DNA from: Narcine bancroftii
Taxonomy: Eukaryota
Direction of reading: 5' to 3'
Assembly: GCF_036971445.1 (NCBI RefSeq)
Contig: NC_091470.1
Location: forward strand, 348,998,001 to 349,062,000
DNA length: 64,000 nt
The translations under genes were made by a program, and so were the position numbers. The first letter of the stretch is position 1. The number at the start of each line of letters is the position of its first letter. Positions 40,022 through 53,638 of this stretch are shown here, piece by piece. The notes below the pieces were generated by a model. That model was given only the letters and a program-made list of their open reading frames with translations. It made no database searches and was not told the DNA's origin.

Positions 40022-40429
40022 CTGTAAAAGTTAACACTTCCCTTCAGTATTTTGAAGTGATTTGGAAAGTCACTTGAACCAATAAAAAAAAATGAAGAAA
40101 GAATAATCACCTCATATTTTGTTTTATTTCATTTATTTTGCTTAATTAAGAAAATTGATTAGAATTACATTGAGATTAATAAATCGTGGAAATGCAATTT
40201 TCATTGTGGCCGCAATATAATTACATTTTTTTTTAAATATGATAAGGTGCTTAATTTCAGACACAAATAATCATTATTTCTGAATTGCTGATTCTAACCA
40301 GGAAATTAATGATTTCCTTCTGGATGTTTAATTATTTTCATATGACCAACAAAGCAGAAAAATATATCATTTTTGACCAGAGTGGATGGAATTGTTGCAG
40401 AGTCTATGTGGAGTCCACAAGGATGCAGA

Positions 40430-40995
40430 GAAGGACGGAAGCAGGAGCAGGAGTTGGCCATTTGATCCCTTGGGCTTCGTCAACCATTCAAAATGAATTT
40501 GGCTGATCTTCCAAATTCTGCAACTTGCTTCTAATTTTTTTTCTCATATCCCTTGATCTCTTTAGCTGTTGATGTGATATCTAACACTTTCTTGAATGCA
40601 TTTAATGATCTGACCTTTACTGTGTTCTACGGTAAAGATTTTTACAGGCTTAAGCACTCTTCGGGATGAAGAAATTACTTCCATTTTCGGCCCCAAATAA
40701 CTTACCGAATTTCCTTAAACTGCGATCCCTGGTCCTGGACTTCAATTTTCTATCTTGTATTTTCAGCGTCATGCAAATTTAATTGAGATCTCCTCTCATT
40801 CTACTAAACTCTAGCAAATCATTCTTTCCAACCCAGGAATTATTCTTGGTGAATTTTCACTGAACTCTTTCTGCAACAAGAACATTCTTCCTTGGACAAC
40901 ACAACCAAAATTGTGCACAATATTCAAGGTGCGTAATGCACTCGACCCCAGCATCTACAAACTTTCTTGTTTAACTCAAGGTTTGGTCCCCCCAA
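40430..40995 (-). mobile_element. Old CR1 LINE 3' end
   Basis: ggaagcaggagcaggagttggccatt tail and ctcctctcattctactaaactc core. Confidence 0.7.
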
Positions 40996-41218
40996 GGCCG
41001 CAGTAGAAATTCAGGATGAAAATCTGCAGACGTCGTGATTGTAGCAAAAATTCAGAAATGCCTGACAAACTCAGCCAATCTCACAGCATCCATCGTAGGT
41101 CAAAATACATTACCAATGTTTCAGGCCTGAGCCCTTCCTCAGAATATGAATAAATACAGATAAGTGACTGTGTTAAAGGTCTGGGGAAAAGGGAAAGATG
41201 GGAGGGGAAGGAGTACAG

Positions 41219-44200
41219 TGTAGCAGCCTGCTACCTGGGAGGTGATCCATTGCACAAATGGCAGATTAACACGGCAATCTCACAAAGCCCTCATGAACTA
41301 ATGCCTTTCTTCCCAGCTGATAGTCCCCATGGCAGGAAACAGTGAACATTGGCAGGAACTCCAACTAATCAGTGGCCAGTATGCTGGTGGCATCACATCC
41401 GCCGACAACAGCAGAAAAACCAGGAACAGTGGCGGGAAGCTGGGCCTATATAAGCAAAGGCAGGGAGAGCAATAGATGTAGCCTTAACTATAGTCACATT
41501 GAGTCTGCGTCATTCCTGGTTGACACGGGTGCCGAGATCAGAGTCCTTCCCCTCCCCATCCCTCAGCCTACAATACCTGGAACAAGAAGTCGAGCCTGGC
41601 CATGAGGGCAGCAAACAATAGCAATATAAGGACCTTCAGCACCTGTACCTTCCCACTCTGCTTTGGCAACAGCCAGTTCATGTGGACCTTCATACTGGCG
41701 GTGGTGGCACAGCCGCTCCTGGGAGCAGACTTCCTCCGGCCCCACAGTCTGGTATTGGACCTCAAAGGGCAGTAGCTGGTGCACACCAGGGCCTTCCACA
41801 CTTTTTACCTGGATGAAGCTAAGTTACCTGGATGAAGCTAAGTTACCTGTCCCTCACCTTGACTCTGTCACGGTGTCTAATAGCGAGTTCACATGCATAC
41901 CGGCGAGTTCCCTTCCATCGTGGCGCCACAGTTTACTTCATCTGAGCCCAAGCATGGGCTACGGCATCATATCCTGACAAAGGCCCCTCCACTCCATGCA
42001 AGGGCATGCCGCCTTCTTCCCAAGAATCTCAACTTCATGAAGGAGGAGTTTTTAAAAAATGGAGGAACTGGGGATCTTGCGGTGTTCTGATAGTCCCTGG
42101 GCCTCCCCTCTGCACATTGTACTGAAGGCAGCAAGAGAATGGAGGCCATGTGGAGATTACTGCTACCTCATTGAGACCATCACACCAGACAGGTATCCTG
42201 TGCCACAAATACAGGATTTCACTGCAAACCTAACAAGGGCACAGATATTCTCGAAGATCAACATCATCTGGACTATCATCAGATCCCAGTCCACCCCAAT
42301 AACATTTCTAAAACTGCATTCATCACCCTCTTTGGGCTGCCTAAGTTCCTAAGAATGCCTTTCGGGCTCAAAAATGCAGCTCAGATCTTCCAGAGGCTGA
42401 TGGAAGCTGTGGGCCAGGACCTCAGGTTTATGTTCATTTACTTGGACAACATCCTGATAGCCAGCCACAATCGTAAGGAACATATGGCCCATCTAAGACG
42501 ATTGTGCACTCACCTGAGCCTCATAATCAATCTGGTAAAATGTCAGTTCAGGCTAGAGACAATAGACTTCCTGGGTCATAGAATCAAAAAACATGGAATG
42601 ACACCTCACCTGAAAAGGTAGAGACCATCAGGCGCTTCACCAAACCCCACACAATAAAGGGTCTCCAGGAATTCCCCAGTATGATGAATTTCTACCACTG
42701 TCTCACACCAGCGGCAGCCTGCATCATGTGTCCCCTGTTTGCAGGGAAGAGAAAAGAGATAATCAGGATAGGGAAGCATCGGAGGTGTTGCAAAAGACAA
42801 AAGACACACTGGCCCACGCCACATTTCTGGTACAGCCCAGGACAGATGCCCTGACCACCCTCACAGTAGATGCCCTGGCTTTCTTTAGCAGACACCTCTG
42901 GCCACCTGAACTTAAATACAGTCCCTTTGACCGCGATCTCTTGGCATTCCACCTTGCGGTCCGATACTTCAGATATTTTTTGGAGGGGAGGTAATTTAGG
43001 GTGTTCACAGACCACAACCCATTAACTTTCACCTTCAATAAAATGTTGGCCCCGTGGTCGGCCAGGCAGCAGAGGCCCCACGTGCCTGAGTTCACCATGG
43101 AACACATCACTGGGAAAGCCAACGTGGAGGCCAAAGCACTGTCATGGCCGGTGATCCAATCCATCCAGACCAGGGCATAGCTTACCATGGCCTTGGCCAA
43201 GGCACACCAGGCAGTCCCCAAGATTCCTGTGTATAGCACGGTGGTTTCAGGGCTTAGGCTGGAGGATTCCACCATCGGCCCAGGTAACCAAACACTCTTT
43301 TGCGACGTATCCACCAGCCATCCCCGCCCCATCATTCCAGCATCCTGGAGACAGCAGGATTTCGACGGGTGCAAAACCTGGCACACCCAGCTATCAGGAC
43401 CACCATCAAGATGGTAGCCAGCAGGTTCATCTGGCATGCCCTCCAAAAACAGGTCAGTCAATGGGCCAAGACCTGCACACTCTGCTGGGCATTGAAGGTA
43501 CAGATGCACATCAAGGCACCCTCCAAATCTTTGAGCCAGCATGATAAAGGTTCACCCATGTCCATATAGACATTGCTGGTCTTCCGGGGAGAAAGATACC
43601 TTTTGACAATGATCGATTGCTTCCCAAGATGGCCACAAGCAGTCCCACTGGCAGAGACAACAACTGAGGCCTGTGCCAGATCCTTGATCTACACCTGGGT
43701 GGCAAGGTTCGGAATCCCAGAACACACAACTTCAGATAAGGATGTGCAATTCACCTCAGGGCTCTGGACAGTGCTGGCTAACCTTCTGGGAACCCAACAC
43801 CATCACACCACAGGATATCACTCCCAGGCCAACAGGTTGGTGGAGCGGTTCCACGGACACCTGAAGGCGGTTCTGATGATTCGGCTCTAGGGACCACATT
43901 GGATGGATGAACTACCGTGGGTCTTCCTGGGGATCCGCACAGCACCAAAAGAGGACTTCAACACCTCGGCGGCAGAAATGGTTTACAGCGCACACTTAAT
44001 CATCCTGATGGAGTTCTTGGACCCAGAAAGACCTTCAGAGGCGGTGTTGGAAAAACGGAGGGAACGACTAGGCACTCTAGCGCAGACACAGCCCTCGCCA
44101 CACAACCAAACCAAAACCTTTGTCCCCAAAGATCTAAAGGCATACAAATATGTCTTTGTGTGATGGGGACCACACGACACGCCACTGCAACGACCATATG

Positions 44201-44714
44201 AGGGGCCTTATTGGATGACCAAGCACAACGGATCCATAGGCATGCTGGACACTGGTGGTAAGGAGGAGACATTCACTATCGACTGCCTCAAACCAGTACA
44301 TCTGGACACTAGCCAACAGGTTACCATGCAGCCCCTGCGATGCAGAGGTAGACCGCTAAAATCTGGGATGTCACCCAGATTGCCAGTTCTGGGGAGGGGA
44401 GGTCGTGCAGCAGCCCTCTACCCGGGAGGTGACCCAGTACACAAAATGGAAGATGAACTCAGTGATCTAATGGCCTTTCTTCCTAGCCATCAGTCCGCAC
44501 GGTGGAAAACAGTGAACATTGGTGGGAATGTCGACCAATCAGCAGCCGGCACGCTGGTGATGTCACTTCTGCTGACAACGGCAGGAAAATCAGGCCCAGT
44601 GGTGGGAAGCTGGGCCTATATAAACAAGGGCAGGGAGAGCAATAAAAGCAGTCTGAACTACAGTCATATTGAGTATGTGTTGTTCTTTCGGTCTCTGCAG
44701 TAGTGCTCACTATA
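41219..44714 (+). mobile_element. Decayed Gypsy provirus (PR-RT-RNaseH-INT), gag and PBS deleted
   Basis: 5' LTR 41219-~41510 joined to FLVDTGAEI; SPWASPLH, PDRYPVP, MPFGLKNAAQ, YLDN, FTDHNPL, ANRLVERFH; PPT ggggaggggagg; 3' LTR 44406-44714; TSD acag. Confidence 0.95.
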
Positions 44715-46204
44715 ACAGATCAACAAATGAAAGGTGTTAATTGGATATGATAAGAGGACAGGAAAGAGGAATGTTGGGAATTGATTGGGGGAGTGGGTGT
44801 CAGAAGTTCTCCTGTTTCTCACCAGAAGGTCTTAAACATTTTATTTTTCTTTAAATAGATATATAAGCTTTTTCATTAAGGTTTTCTTTCTTACTTTATT
44901 TCCCTCCTCTTAACATCCCTTGCTCTTCTTTTGTTCCATTCTAAACTGATTCCAATGCTTGGTTAAAGAAAGTTAAAACAAAAATGCTGAAGCTGGAATC
45001 TGAAGTCAAAACAGGAAATGCTGGAAACGGTCAGGAGTCAGGCAGTGTCAATGGAATGAGAAACCAGGTTAGCATTTATTTCCATTCTGAGCTCTTGGGG
45101 AAAAAAGGATAAAGCAGATCATCTGAAATTGCAGACAACATCAGAGGAGAATATCTGTGACGGGTCAAAATGGTTGATGAGCTCATTCAAAGCTAATCAT
45201 ATTTTTTTTGCCTGTGTTATGTGTTGTTAATTATGCTCAGTTCAGAAAATTAACAGAGAGGTAACTTAAGCTCAAATTATAAATGAATGTCTGGCAGATG
45301 AGGCTAATTCTGAAACAGATGGAAAAAAATACAACTAAGTTTATAGAACTCGATATTAAGCTGATAAAGGCTGTAATGTGCCCAAGCAGAAGATTAAGTG
45401 TTGTTCCTTGAGCTTGTGTTCAGCCTCATTTTAATTGTGGCGGGGTGGGCATAGATCAATGGGCTTGATTGGGAGTGAAATGGAGAAATGAAGGGGCAGC
45501 CCTTAGGTTCACTCTTTCTCCTTGAATCTCTTGCTGGCCAAGGTTTCACAACCTTGTTTTATTTTTTATCTCAGGCAGAAATTAATAATCGTTCTAATTC
45601 ATCCATTGCTGATTCGAAATTTACTATTGTTGATCCATTATAAACAACACAAGTCACACCTTCCCATTTATCTTCTGCACCTAATATCAAACCCTCCCTA
45701 TTTTCCTTTATCTATAATCAGGATTCTCTCTCTGAGTCTATTGCACCTCTTTTCATTTTATTGAAGAATTCTATCCTAATATATTCACTGTGACCCAACA
45801 AGATTTATTATTACTTGATGTTGTGATTGGAATTAAATATCGAATTGTTCATTGTGTGTTAACTAAACAGAGGTGTTGCAGGTGCTTTTTGCAGCTATTA
45901 TTTTTTAATGCATTTTCAGGACCTGGCCTTTACTGGCAAACACAGCCTTTATTGCTTATCTCTGTTTGTCCTTGACAGGGTGGTAGTGAGCCTCCTTCTC
46001 TAACTACTGCAATTATCCTGGTGAAGTTACTCACAGCATTGCTGAGAAGGAAGGTCAGGATTTAGAGTTGGAAGGGATGTGATTCCTGACCTCAGAAATG
46101 GCCAAATGAATTGTTAATTTCCAAAGGCAATAAGAAATGGAAACAAGTGCCCATTGCATTCACATCTCATGAATGAATTAATAAATAAAGGAATCAGGAA
46201 AAGA

Positions 46205-46438
46205 AAGATAAAGGTAAATGCTCCATTCTTGTCACATAATACACAGTACTACATTTAGAATGTATTGTACATGAAGTTCTTTAATTTTTGTCTACTGTAA
46301 GGCAGACAGGGAGTCACCACTTTGTCCAGCACCCCTCATAGAAACCTGGTGTTCCTAAGTGATCTCCCCTCCAAGTACTGTCCTGTGCCTGGTTAGCCTC
46401 CGAGATCAGACAATTACAGGCATATTCAGGCTATTAGG
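46205..46438 (-). mobile_element. 5S rRNA-derived SINE (SINE3-like)
   Basis: Minus strand gcctgaatatgcctgtaattgtctgatctcggaggctaa...agtacttggaggggagatcacttaggaa aligns with 5S rRNA including the A/C box regions; followed by a retro-type tail. Confidence 0.75.
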
Positions 46439-46444
46439 TTTTGT

Positions 46445-46675
46445 TAGGGTAGCACTGTTATCATAGCAGTTTGCGCAAAGCTGTAAAAGTGACCTGGGTT
46501 CAAATCCGGCGCTGTCTGTAAGGAGTTTGTACATTCTCTCCATATCTGCGTGAGTTTTCTCTGGGCGCTCTGGTTTTCTTCCACCTTTCAAAAACATACC
46601 CGGGTTGTAGGTCAATTGGATGTGAATGGGTGGCACGGATTCATGGGCCAAAATAGCTGTATGTCTAAATTAAAA
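46445..46675 (+). mobile_element. V-SINE/HE1-like SINE
   Basis: ctgggttcaaatccggcgctgtctgtaaggagtttgtac core. Confidence 0.85.
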
Positions 46676-47954
46676 AAAGATTTGTGGTAATTAAAACCTG
46701 TTTCATTAACTCTTCATATTGTTTGCACAAATTAAGGAACATGCAGCCAAAATCATTAAAATTATCAACAAAAGAAAAAGTTTCCTTTTATAAATAACGA
46801 TGTCAAAATATGTAAATGATACCTGTACAATGCAAACTCTGAATTACATGAGCTTGCTTTCTTCATTTTCAGGATCAAGGCTTCTCTGATACATTTAATA
46901 TTTTAATATGTCAATGTGTTTAATTCTTATTCTAACTTATATTTATGGAAATATGCTCCATGGTCCTGGAGAAATGCTACCTCATCTTTACCATGTGAGT
47001 ATGATATGAACGATGAATAAAAGTGACATGACTAGTGTTCATCCTAAATGCTCCTGAGATGATTGTATGGAACTCCCTTCCTGAATGGTGTTGTTCTTCT
47101 GGGGAAAATATGGCACAATGCTATGGGGTGAAGCATTTCAGAATATTGGCCCCACAACAATAAAGGACCATTGTATTTCCAAGATCAGATAGACCATGAC
47201 TTGAAGGAAAACCTGGATTTAGTGCTGTTCATTTGTGCCTGCTGCACTGACCATCTTGAAGGTAGAAGCCATGGGTTTGAGAAGTGCTGCAGACTGTTAA
47301 TTTTGTTTGTGGTGCACATTGCAGCTGTTGTGCAAGAGTAGTGAAGGAAATTAATACATGGGGTGATTGATGGGGTGCCAATTAAGTGGGTTGCTACAAC
47401 CTAAATAGCATTAAATCTTTTATGGACCAGTGAGGAGTATTTCCTCCCAGACTCTAGCATGTGCCTTGTAAATTGTGCAAAGGACTTGGGTTATCAGGAG
47501 GTCCTCTATAGGATACCAGCCTCTGAACTGTTTCTATTAGTTAAGAAGTTAATGCAGCGACTCCAATTAAGTTTCTGGCCAATGGATATAATTTCAACAT
47601 ATCATTGACATGACAATTGCTGGGTAAGTGGCCCAGTGATTGTAATGTAAAGTAAAACATTACGTGGGAGAAACTCAGTGTACTTTATATTGCAAAGATA
47701 AAGATACATAACCAACGTTTGAAATATAAAGGGTATATAGTTGGATTCAGAGGGTCACAGAAATATGATAACATTTTAACTATAAATCTTAACAATGTGC
47801 TAGCTAATAACATAACTAATTAGTTAATATCAGAGCTAATATCAATGAGGCATGGTGTCAAACAATGCTGCACATGCCCCTGACACTCTTTCACTGTCAT
47901 CTAACTCTTGACTTCCAAGTCCAACAAATTTCCAATGGGACTAGAGTTCACCTT

Positions 47955-48190
47955 CCTCTATCCTCAAGGACTCCCACCACCTTTTCACTCTGCTACCATC
48001 AGGAAAAAAGATGCAGGAGCCTGAAGACGAGCACTCAGAGGCACAAGGCAGCTTCTTCCCTGCTGCCATCAGATTACCGAATGACCGTGAACCGGAGACG
48101 CAGACTTACTTTGATTTGTCATGCACTATTTTTTAAATTTATTTTTGTAAGGTGGTTTATATGAATGTTTGCACAACTATTCCAGAATTT
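47955..48190 (+). mobile_element. Rex1-like LINE 3' end
   Basis: Collinear with 25900-26195 (RSLKTSTQRHK). Confidence 0.75.
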
Positions 48191-48409
48191 ATGTTCCATT
48201 CCAGCCTCTGCTTCATCAAATTCTAACCTCCATTCCAGCCTCTTCTTCCTTCTCTGCTTGACAAGTATCCCCTTAAATGTCAGAGAGTCATAGCATGGAA
48301 ACAGGCTTTTTGGATAATCAAGTCTCTGACGATCATCAACCTTCCATTTACACAAATCCCATGTTTATTATTCTTTGGACATTCTCATCAACTTCCCGAG
48401 ATTTTACCA

Positions 48410-49205
48410 TGTAGAATTCTATAGCACAGAAATGGGTCCTTTGGCCCAACTTGTACTGACCAACCAAGCCGGTCTTCATTTGGCCAATATCACTCCAAGG
48501 TTTCCTATTAATTTCCTATTCCTGTCTCAATGTCTTTAAAATCTTACAATTGTATCCAACCTCCACCATTTCCTCTGAAATCTCCCTCCAAATACTTTCC
48601 ACAAGCTGTGTGAAAAAAAGATGGTCCTCAGGTCCCTTTGCCCTCTCACTTCTGCCCCAAAGTTTTAGATTCCTTTACCCTGGGAAAAGACTAGGGAACT
48701 TTAGAGAAGTTTATAAAATCATGAGTGACATGGATATGATAAATAATATCCCCCAAGATTTTATAAAGCTCTATAAGATTCTTGCTTAATCTCCTACACT
48801 CCAGGGTGAAATGTCCCAGCTTATTCAAGCCTACAGGCCCCAGTAACATTCTCGAGAATCTTTTCTGCACTCTTTCCATCTTGATGATATCTTTTCCCTT
48901 GTTGGATGATTGGAACTACACACACAACTCCAAGTGTGGTCACCAACAACCTGCACAATTGCAACGCCTGTACTCAATGCCATGATCACTCATCCTTACC
49001 TTCGGGGCTATGTACAGTGGCCAATTAACCAACCAACCTGTATGTCCTTGTGATGCGAGAGGAAACTTGAACACCGAGAGAAAACACACAAGGTCAGAGT
49101 AAGGACATGCAAACTCCACACAATCAACTCCCAAGGCCATGATCAAACCAGTTCTCTGGTGCTGGGAGGCAGTGGCTCTATGTACTGCACCACTGTGCCA
49201 TTCAA
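48410..49205 (-). mobile_element. CR1 3' fragment followed by a SINE (48990-49205)
   Basis: MERVQKRFSRMLLG; SINE core tggccaattaacc...tgcaaactccacac. Confidence 0.7.
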
Positions 49206-49804
49206 AAAACATCTATATTTTTCACTGAAGCAATGTCATGCAGTAACTCCCACACTCACACCAACTTTCTTCTGGACTCAATTCTCAATTTTTTAATAAC
49301 TATCCTGGATTGACCTCTGATTAGCTTTTCCCCAAAAGAGGAAATATATTTCATTTCCAATCTATCAAACTTGCATTTTTTTTTTGTAAACCCTGTGCAA
49401 TATTTTTTTCAGGCAAATGGAGACTCAAGTTGTTCATCCCTTCCTAATATGTATAGTCTGTCATTTCTGAGACCCGGTTCTGGTAAATTTTCTCTGCACA
49501 GACTTTGTGTTTATTGCTTTGGCCACCTTGAAACTTGAGAACATGGAACAGGTCCAGTTTTATTTATTACTTAATCCATGCATTTGTAGTTAAATAAAAA
49601 TATCTCAGTCAGAAAAATTTGGTGCTTAAAACAGGCTAACCATCCCCACTCAAATAGCTGGCCACCAAGGGTTTTCACCATTATGAGTTTTTAAAATATT
49701 AGAAAGGTTTGTACCCTGACTGCCCCATATTGACGGCATCTGGTTATACCTTATCTCATTAGTGGAAAGATTCTGAAAATCCACTCTATTTAAACTTTCT
49801 TCAG

Positions 49805-50933
49805 AGAATAATAGAAATTAGGTGCAAGTGTAGGCCATGGAGCCCTTCAAATCTGTACCTCCATTCAATCCAATCATGGCTGGTCATGTGACTTCAGTTC
49901 CCTATTATGGTTTCTCTCCATAGGCCTTGATCCCTTTAGGCGGAAGGACCAGATCCAGCTACTTTTTTGAGTCTGATCAATTAGGCTCAACATCTTTCTG
50001 TGGCAGGGAGCTCCACAAGTCCATAACTTTGTGAATGAAGAAGTTTTTCTTTATCTCATCCTTAAATGGCATGTCCCTCATCATTACACTGTGACCCCTT
50101 GTTCAGTATTTCCCTGAACATCAGATACATTCTTCCTGAATCTAACCTGTCCAGAATTGTCAGAATTTTGTGTCTCAATGGTGTCCCCTCACATTCTTCT
50201 AAATTCCAATGAGTAGAACCCTTTGTTCATATATGAATCCTGCCATCCTAGGAATCCTAGTTAACACTTGCTGCACTCAATCAGCACTCCGCTAACCATG
50301 CCACCATTTGCCTGTTATTGTCACTGAAGTGTATAACCTCACATTTGTCTACATTATACTGCATCTTCCATACATTTGCCAAACTTTCCAATCTCTCCAA
50401 GTCACTCTGCACACTTGGAATATTCTTCATAGCTTGTTTTCACCTAATGTTGTATAATTTGCAAATTTAGAGAAATTACATTCATTTCCTTCATTTGAGT
50501 CATTAATATACACTACATTGTAAATAGCTGGATTCCCAGCTTTGAACCATGTGTTACCATACTTGTAACTGGCTACCAATCTGAAAAGGATCAATTTATT
50601 AGCATTCTCTGTTTCCTACCTGCTGAGAAGTTTTCAATCCATGTTAGTACATTACCTCCTGTACCAAGGGCTCTAATTTTTCACACTGATCTCTCCTGTA
50701 GTACCTAACCATTTGGAAATCCAAATACACCACATCATCTAGTTAACTGTTGTCCACTCTATGGGCTGCATCCTCCAAAAATTTGAGAAGGTTTGTCTCT
50801 TTTAATTTCCCTTTCATAAATCTATGCTGACTTGAACTAATCCTATCAATCCTCTCCAAATGTGCAGCAATTGCATCTTTAATAATTGAAGCCTGCATTT
50901 CTCACACAAACGAAGTTAGGCTAACTGGTTTAT

Positions 50934-50982
<49 letters not shown>

Positions 50983-51450
50983 TTCTTAAAAGGTGGTATC
51001 ATATCAGCTACACTCCAATCTAAAGGAATGGTCCAGAGTGAAGAGAATGTTGGAAAATAATCACTAATCCATCCACTCTCTCTTAGGCCACCTCCTTAGG
51101 TAACTTTAGGATGAAAACTCTCAGGCCCTGGGGATTCATTGACTTTCACTTGATTTTCTGAACGCAATTTCATGACTGATTACAATTTCTAGTCCCTCAG
51201 ATCTCGAGTATTCCCGGAATGTGTATCTTCTCAAATGAAGACTGAACTAGATAATTTATTCAATTTCCTTGTCCCAGTTATGAATTCACGCAATTTTCTC
51301 TTTTGATACTAGAGAAGCTTCTGAAGTTCTTTTTTATGTCCCTGCAAATTTCGTCTTGCACTCTACTTTCCCCATTTTAATTGGACCCTTGGTCTTTCTC
51401 CAATGAATTTTAAATTTCTCCCAATCCTCAGATTTACTGCCTTTCTAATC
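49805..51450 (-). mobile_element. Old CR1 LINE, internally deleted; contains (CT)n at 50937-50980
   Basis: CR1 3' tail at 49805; RT segments (atccaaatacaccacatc, gttaggctaactgg). Confidence 0.75.
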
Positions 51451-51646
51451 TTAATGAAAAGCAGCTACTGGCATGCCTTCTTCATGATGGTAGCAACGTG
51501 ATGGTGTCAGGATAGATCTTCAGAGATAGGTGTGCAGCTGCCCAATCACCTCCATCATTGGAGACTGTCACTCATGGAGTGGAGAAGGTAGGTTTGGGAT
51601 GGGCACGAGATTGCAGTGTCATTTACTACAATCGTATTTGTTTCAA

Positions 51647-52303
51647 CGGCTCTGTGTACAGAGCCGTTGTCATACCCACGCTCCTGTTCAGCTCCGAATC
51701 ATGGGTCGTCTACCGGCATCACCTACGGCTCCTAGAACGCTTCCACCAGCATTGTCTCCGCTCCATCCTCAACATTCATTGGAGCGACTTCATCTCCAAC
51801 ATCGAAGTACTCGAGATGGCAGAGGCCGACAGCATCGAATCCACGCTGCTGAAGATCAAACTGCGCTGGGTGGGTCACGTCTCCAGAATGGAGGACCATC
51901 GCCTTCCCAAGATCGTGTTATATGGCGAGCTCTCCACTGGCCACCGTGACAGAGGTGCACCAAAGAAAAGGTACAAGGACTGCCTAAAGAAATCTCTTGG
52001 TGCCTGCCACATTGACCACCGCCAGTGGGCTGATATCGCCTCAAACCGTGCATCTTGGCGCCTCACAGTTTGGCGGGCAGCAACCTCCTTTGAAGAAGAC
52101 CGCAGAGCCCAGCTCACTGTCAAAAGACAAAGGAGGAAAAACCCAACACCCAACCCCAACCCACCAATTTTCCCTTGCAACCACTGCAACCGTTTCTGCC
52201 TGTCCCGCATCGGACTTGTCAGCCACAAACGAGCCTGCAGCTGACGTGGACATTACCCCTCCATAAATCTTCGTCCGCGAAGCCAAGTCAAACTCTAAAA
52301 AAA
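51647..52303 (+). mobile_element. Young RTE (BovB-like) LINE 3' fragment with 11-bp TSD
   Basis: ~195 open codons VYRAVVIPTLL...RWVGHVSRMEDHRLPK...CNHCNRFCLSRIGLVSHKRAC; CpG-rich; TSD atttgtttcaa at 51636-51646 and 52304-52314. Confidence 0.95.
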
Positions 52304-52378
52304 ATTTGTTTCAAGAACAGTTCTGAAATGAAAGCACATAAGGACTGACTATCTTTTACTCTCTGTTGGCAGAATTAC

Positions 52379-52564
52379 CATTGGAAAAATAAGCTGAAAA
52401 TTGCTTGACGAATGACTGCCAAAATTCTCAAGTTCCTCTGCAAAGAATGCTGAAAAGTTCCTTCCTATCCACTGGGTACAAAATTTTGTTGGATATCTTT
52501 TATTTTGCTGAAATTTTATTTTCATGAAAGATCTTGATAATGAAATTACAGATTTTCCGATGCA
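52379..52564 (-). CDS. Candidate 186-nt exon (coding or pseudogenic), unknown product
   Basis: Acceptor cattttttt(t)cag|, donor aatg|gtaatt, length a multiple of 3; phase 0 is open; phase 1 gives a protein-like read with two stops. Confidence 0.25.
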
Positions 52565-53638
52565 CTGAAAAAAATGTCACTGCTTGCTAAAGAAAATTAG
52601 ACTTTTTTTTTAACTGGTGAAAATTCAAATCACAGGACATGGGCTCGTCATGCATGGCTTATCAGAATCAGGATGTATTGTCATGAACAAGTCATGAAAT
52701 ACGGCGTTTTGTGACTTAGGTTTGAGCCGTGGAGGGAATGCCTGGAGGTATTAATTGGAGCATGTCGTATCAAGCAGAGAATCTCAGAAAATGAAGCATC
52801 TGTTGGAAAAAGCCTCAAGCTGTTGTCTCAGACCTGGAAAATTCACATCTGGAAGTCTTGAATTTACTGATTCATTGGTTTTCAAGAAGTCTTCTTAAAA
52901 TAAAGAGAAAAGATTGGAAAGGATTACCTTTTAGCCAATTTCTGATGGAACATTTCAAAACTATCTATGATGGGGAATGTTGATTGATGGTAATTGGAAC
53001 ATATGCTCTAAGTGGTACCTTTAGCCATTAAATTCAGTGCAAAGAAAGAATATTCTAATTGTGAATAGTGAGAAGATGATTTCTGAATTCTAACAGTGGA
53101 GGAAAATAGATATGTAGCTATGGAATTGGGGCACATCCAAGTGTCTAATCTACTGCATTCGGTGTTAAGGTGCCAGAAATTATGGAGAATAATATATTAG
53201 ATGCAGAGGCTGGTTGGGTGGTAGGTAAGGGCAAGAGCAAAAGGCCAGGGCAGGTGTGCAGGAAACAGAGGAGATGCAGGTGGGGGCTACATTAATGGTA
53301 GTGAAGTGGAAACCACATTTTCTGAAGAAGGAGGACACATCAGATGTCCTGGAATGAAAGGCGAGTATCCTGGGAGTAGATATGGTGGAGATGGAGGAAA
53401 TGAGAGTAAGGAATAGAGATAGTGCATTTAAGCCAAGCTTTTACTGTACTTAATTAAGATTAACCAGAACCGTTATTGATACTGTTCATTGGCTCCTGTT
53501 TGGAGATATAGATACATATATGATCAAGGTTGGTTCTGATGTTATCCATATTCAAATAACCTGTCGATTAGTGTGAATGTTTACACCTGTTGAACATCTA
53601 AAGAGGAAAATTTTAAAGCATCTTCATTGCCTTTTCAG

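Noticed and set aside
46345-46438. Functional 5S rRNA gene
   Set aside because: Too diverged, with deletions, and followed by a retroposon tail rather than a T-run terminator
51558-52244. 228-aa ORF as a host gene
   Set aside because: It is the RTE ORF C-terminus fused by chance to flanking DNA with a non-ATG start
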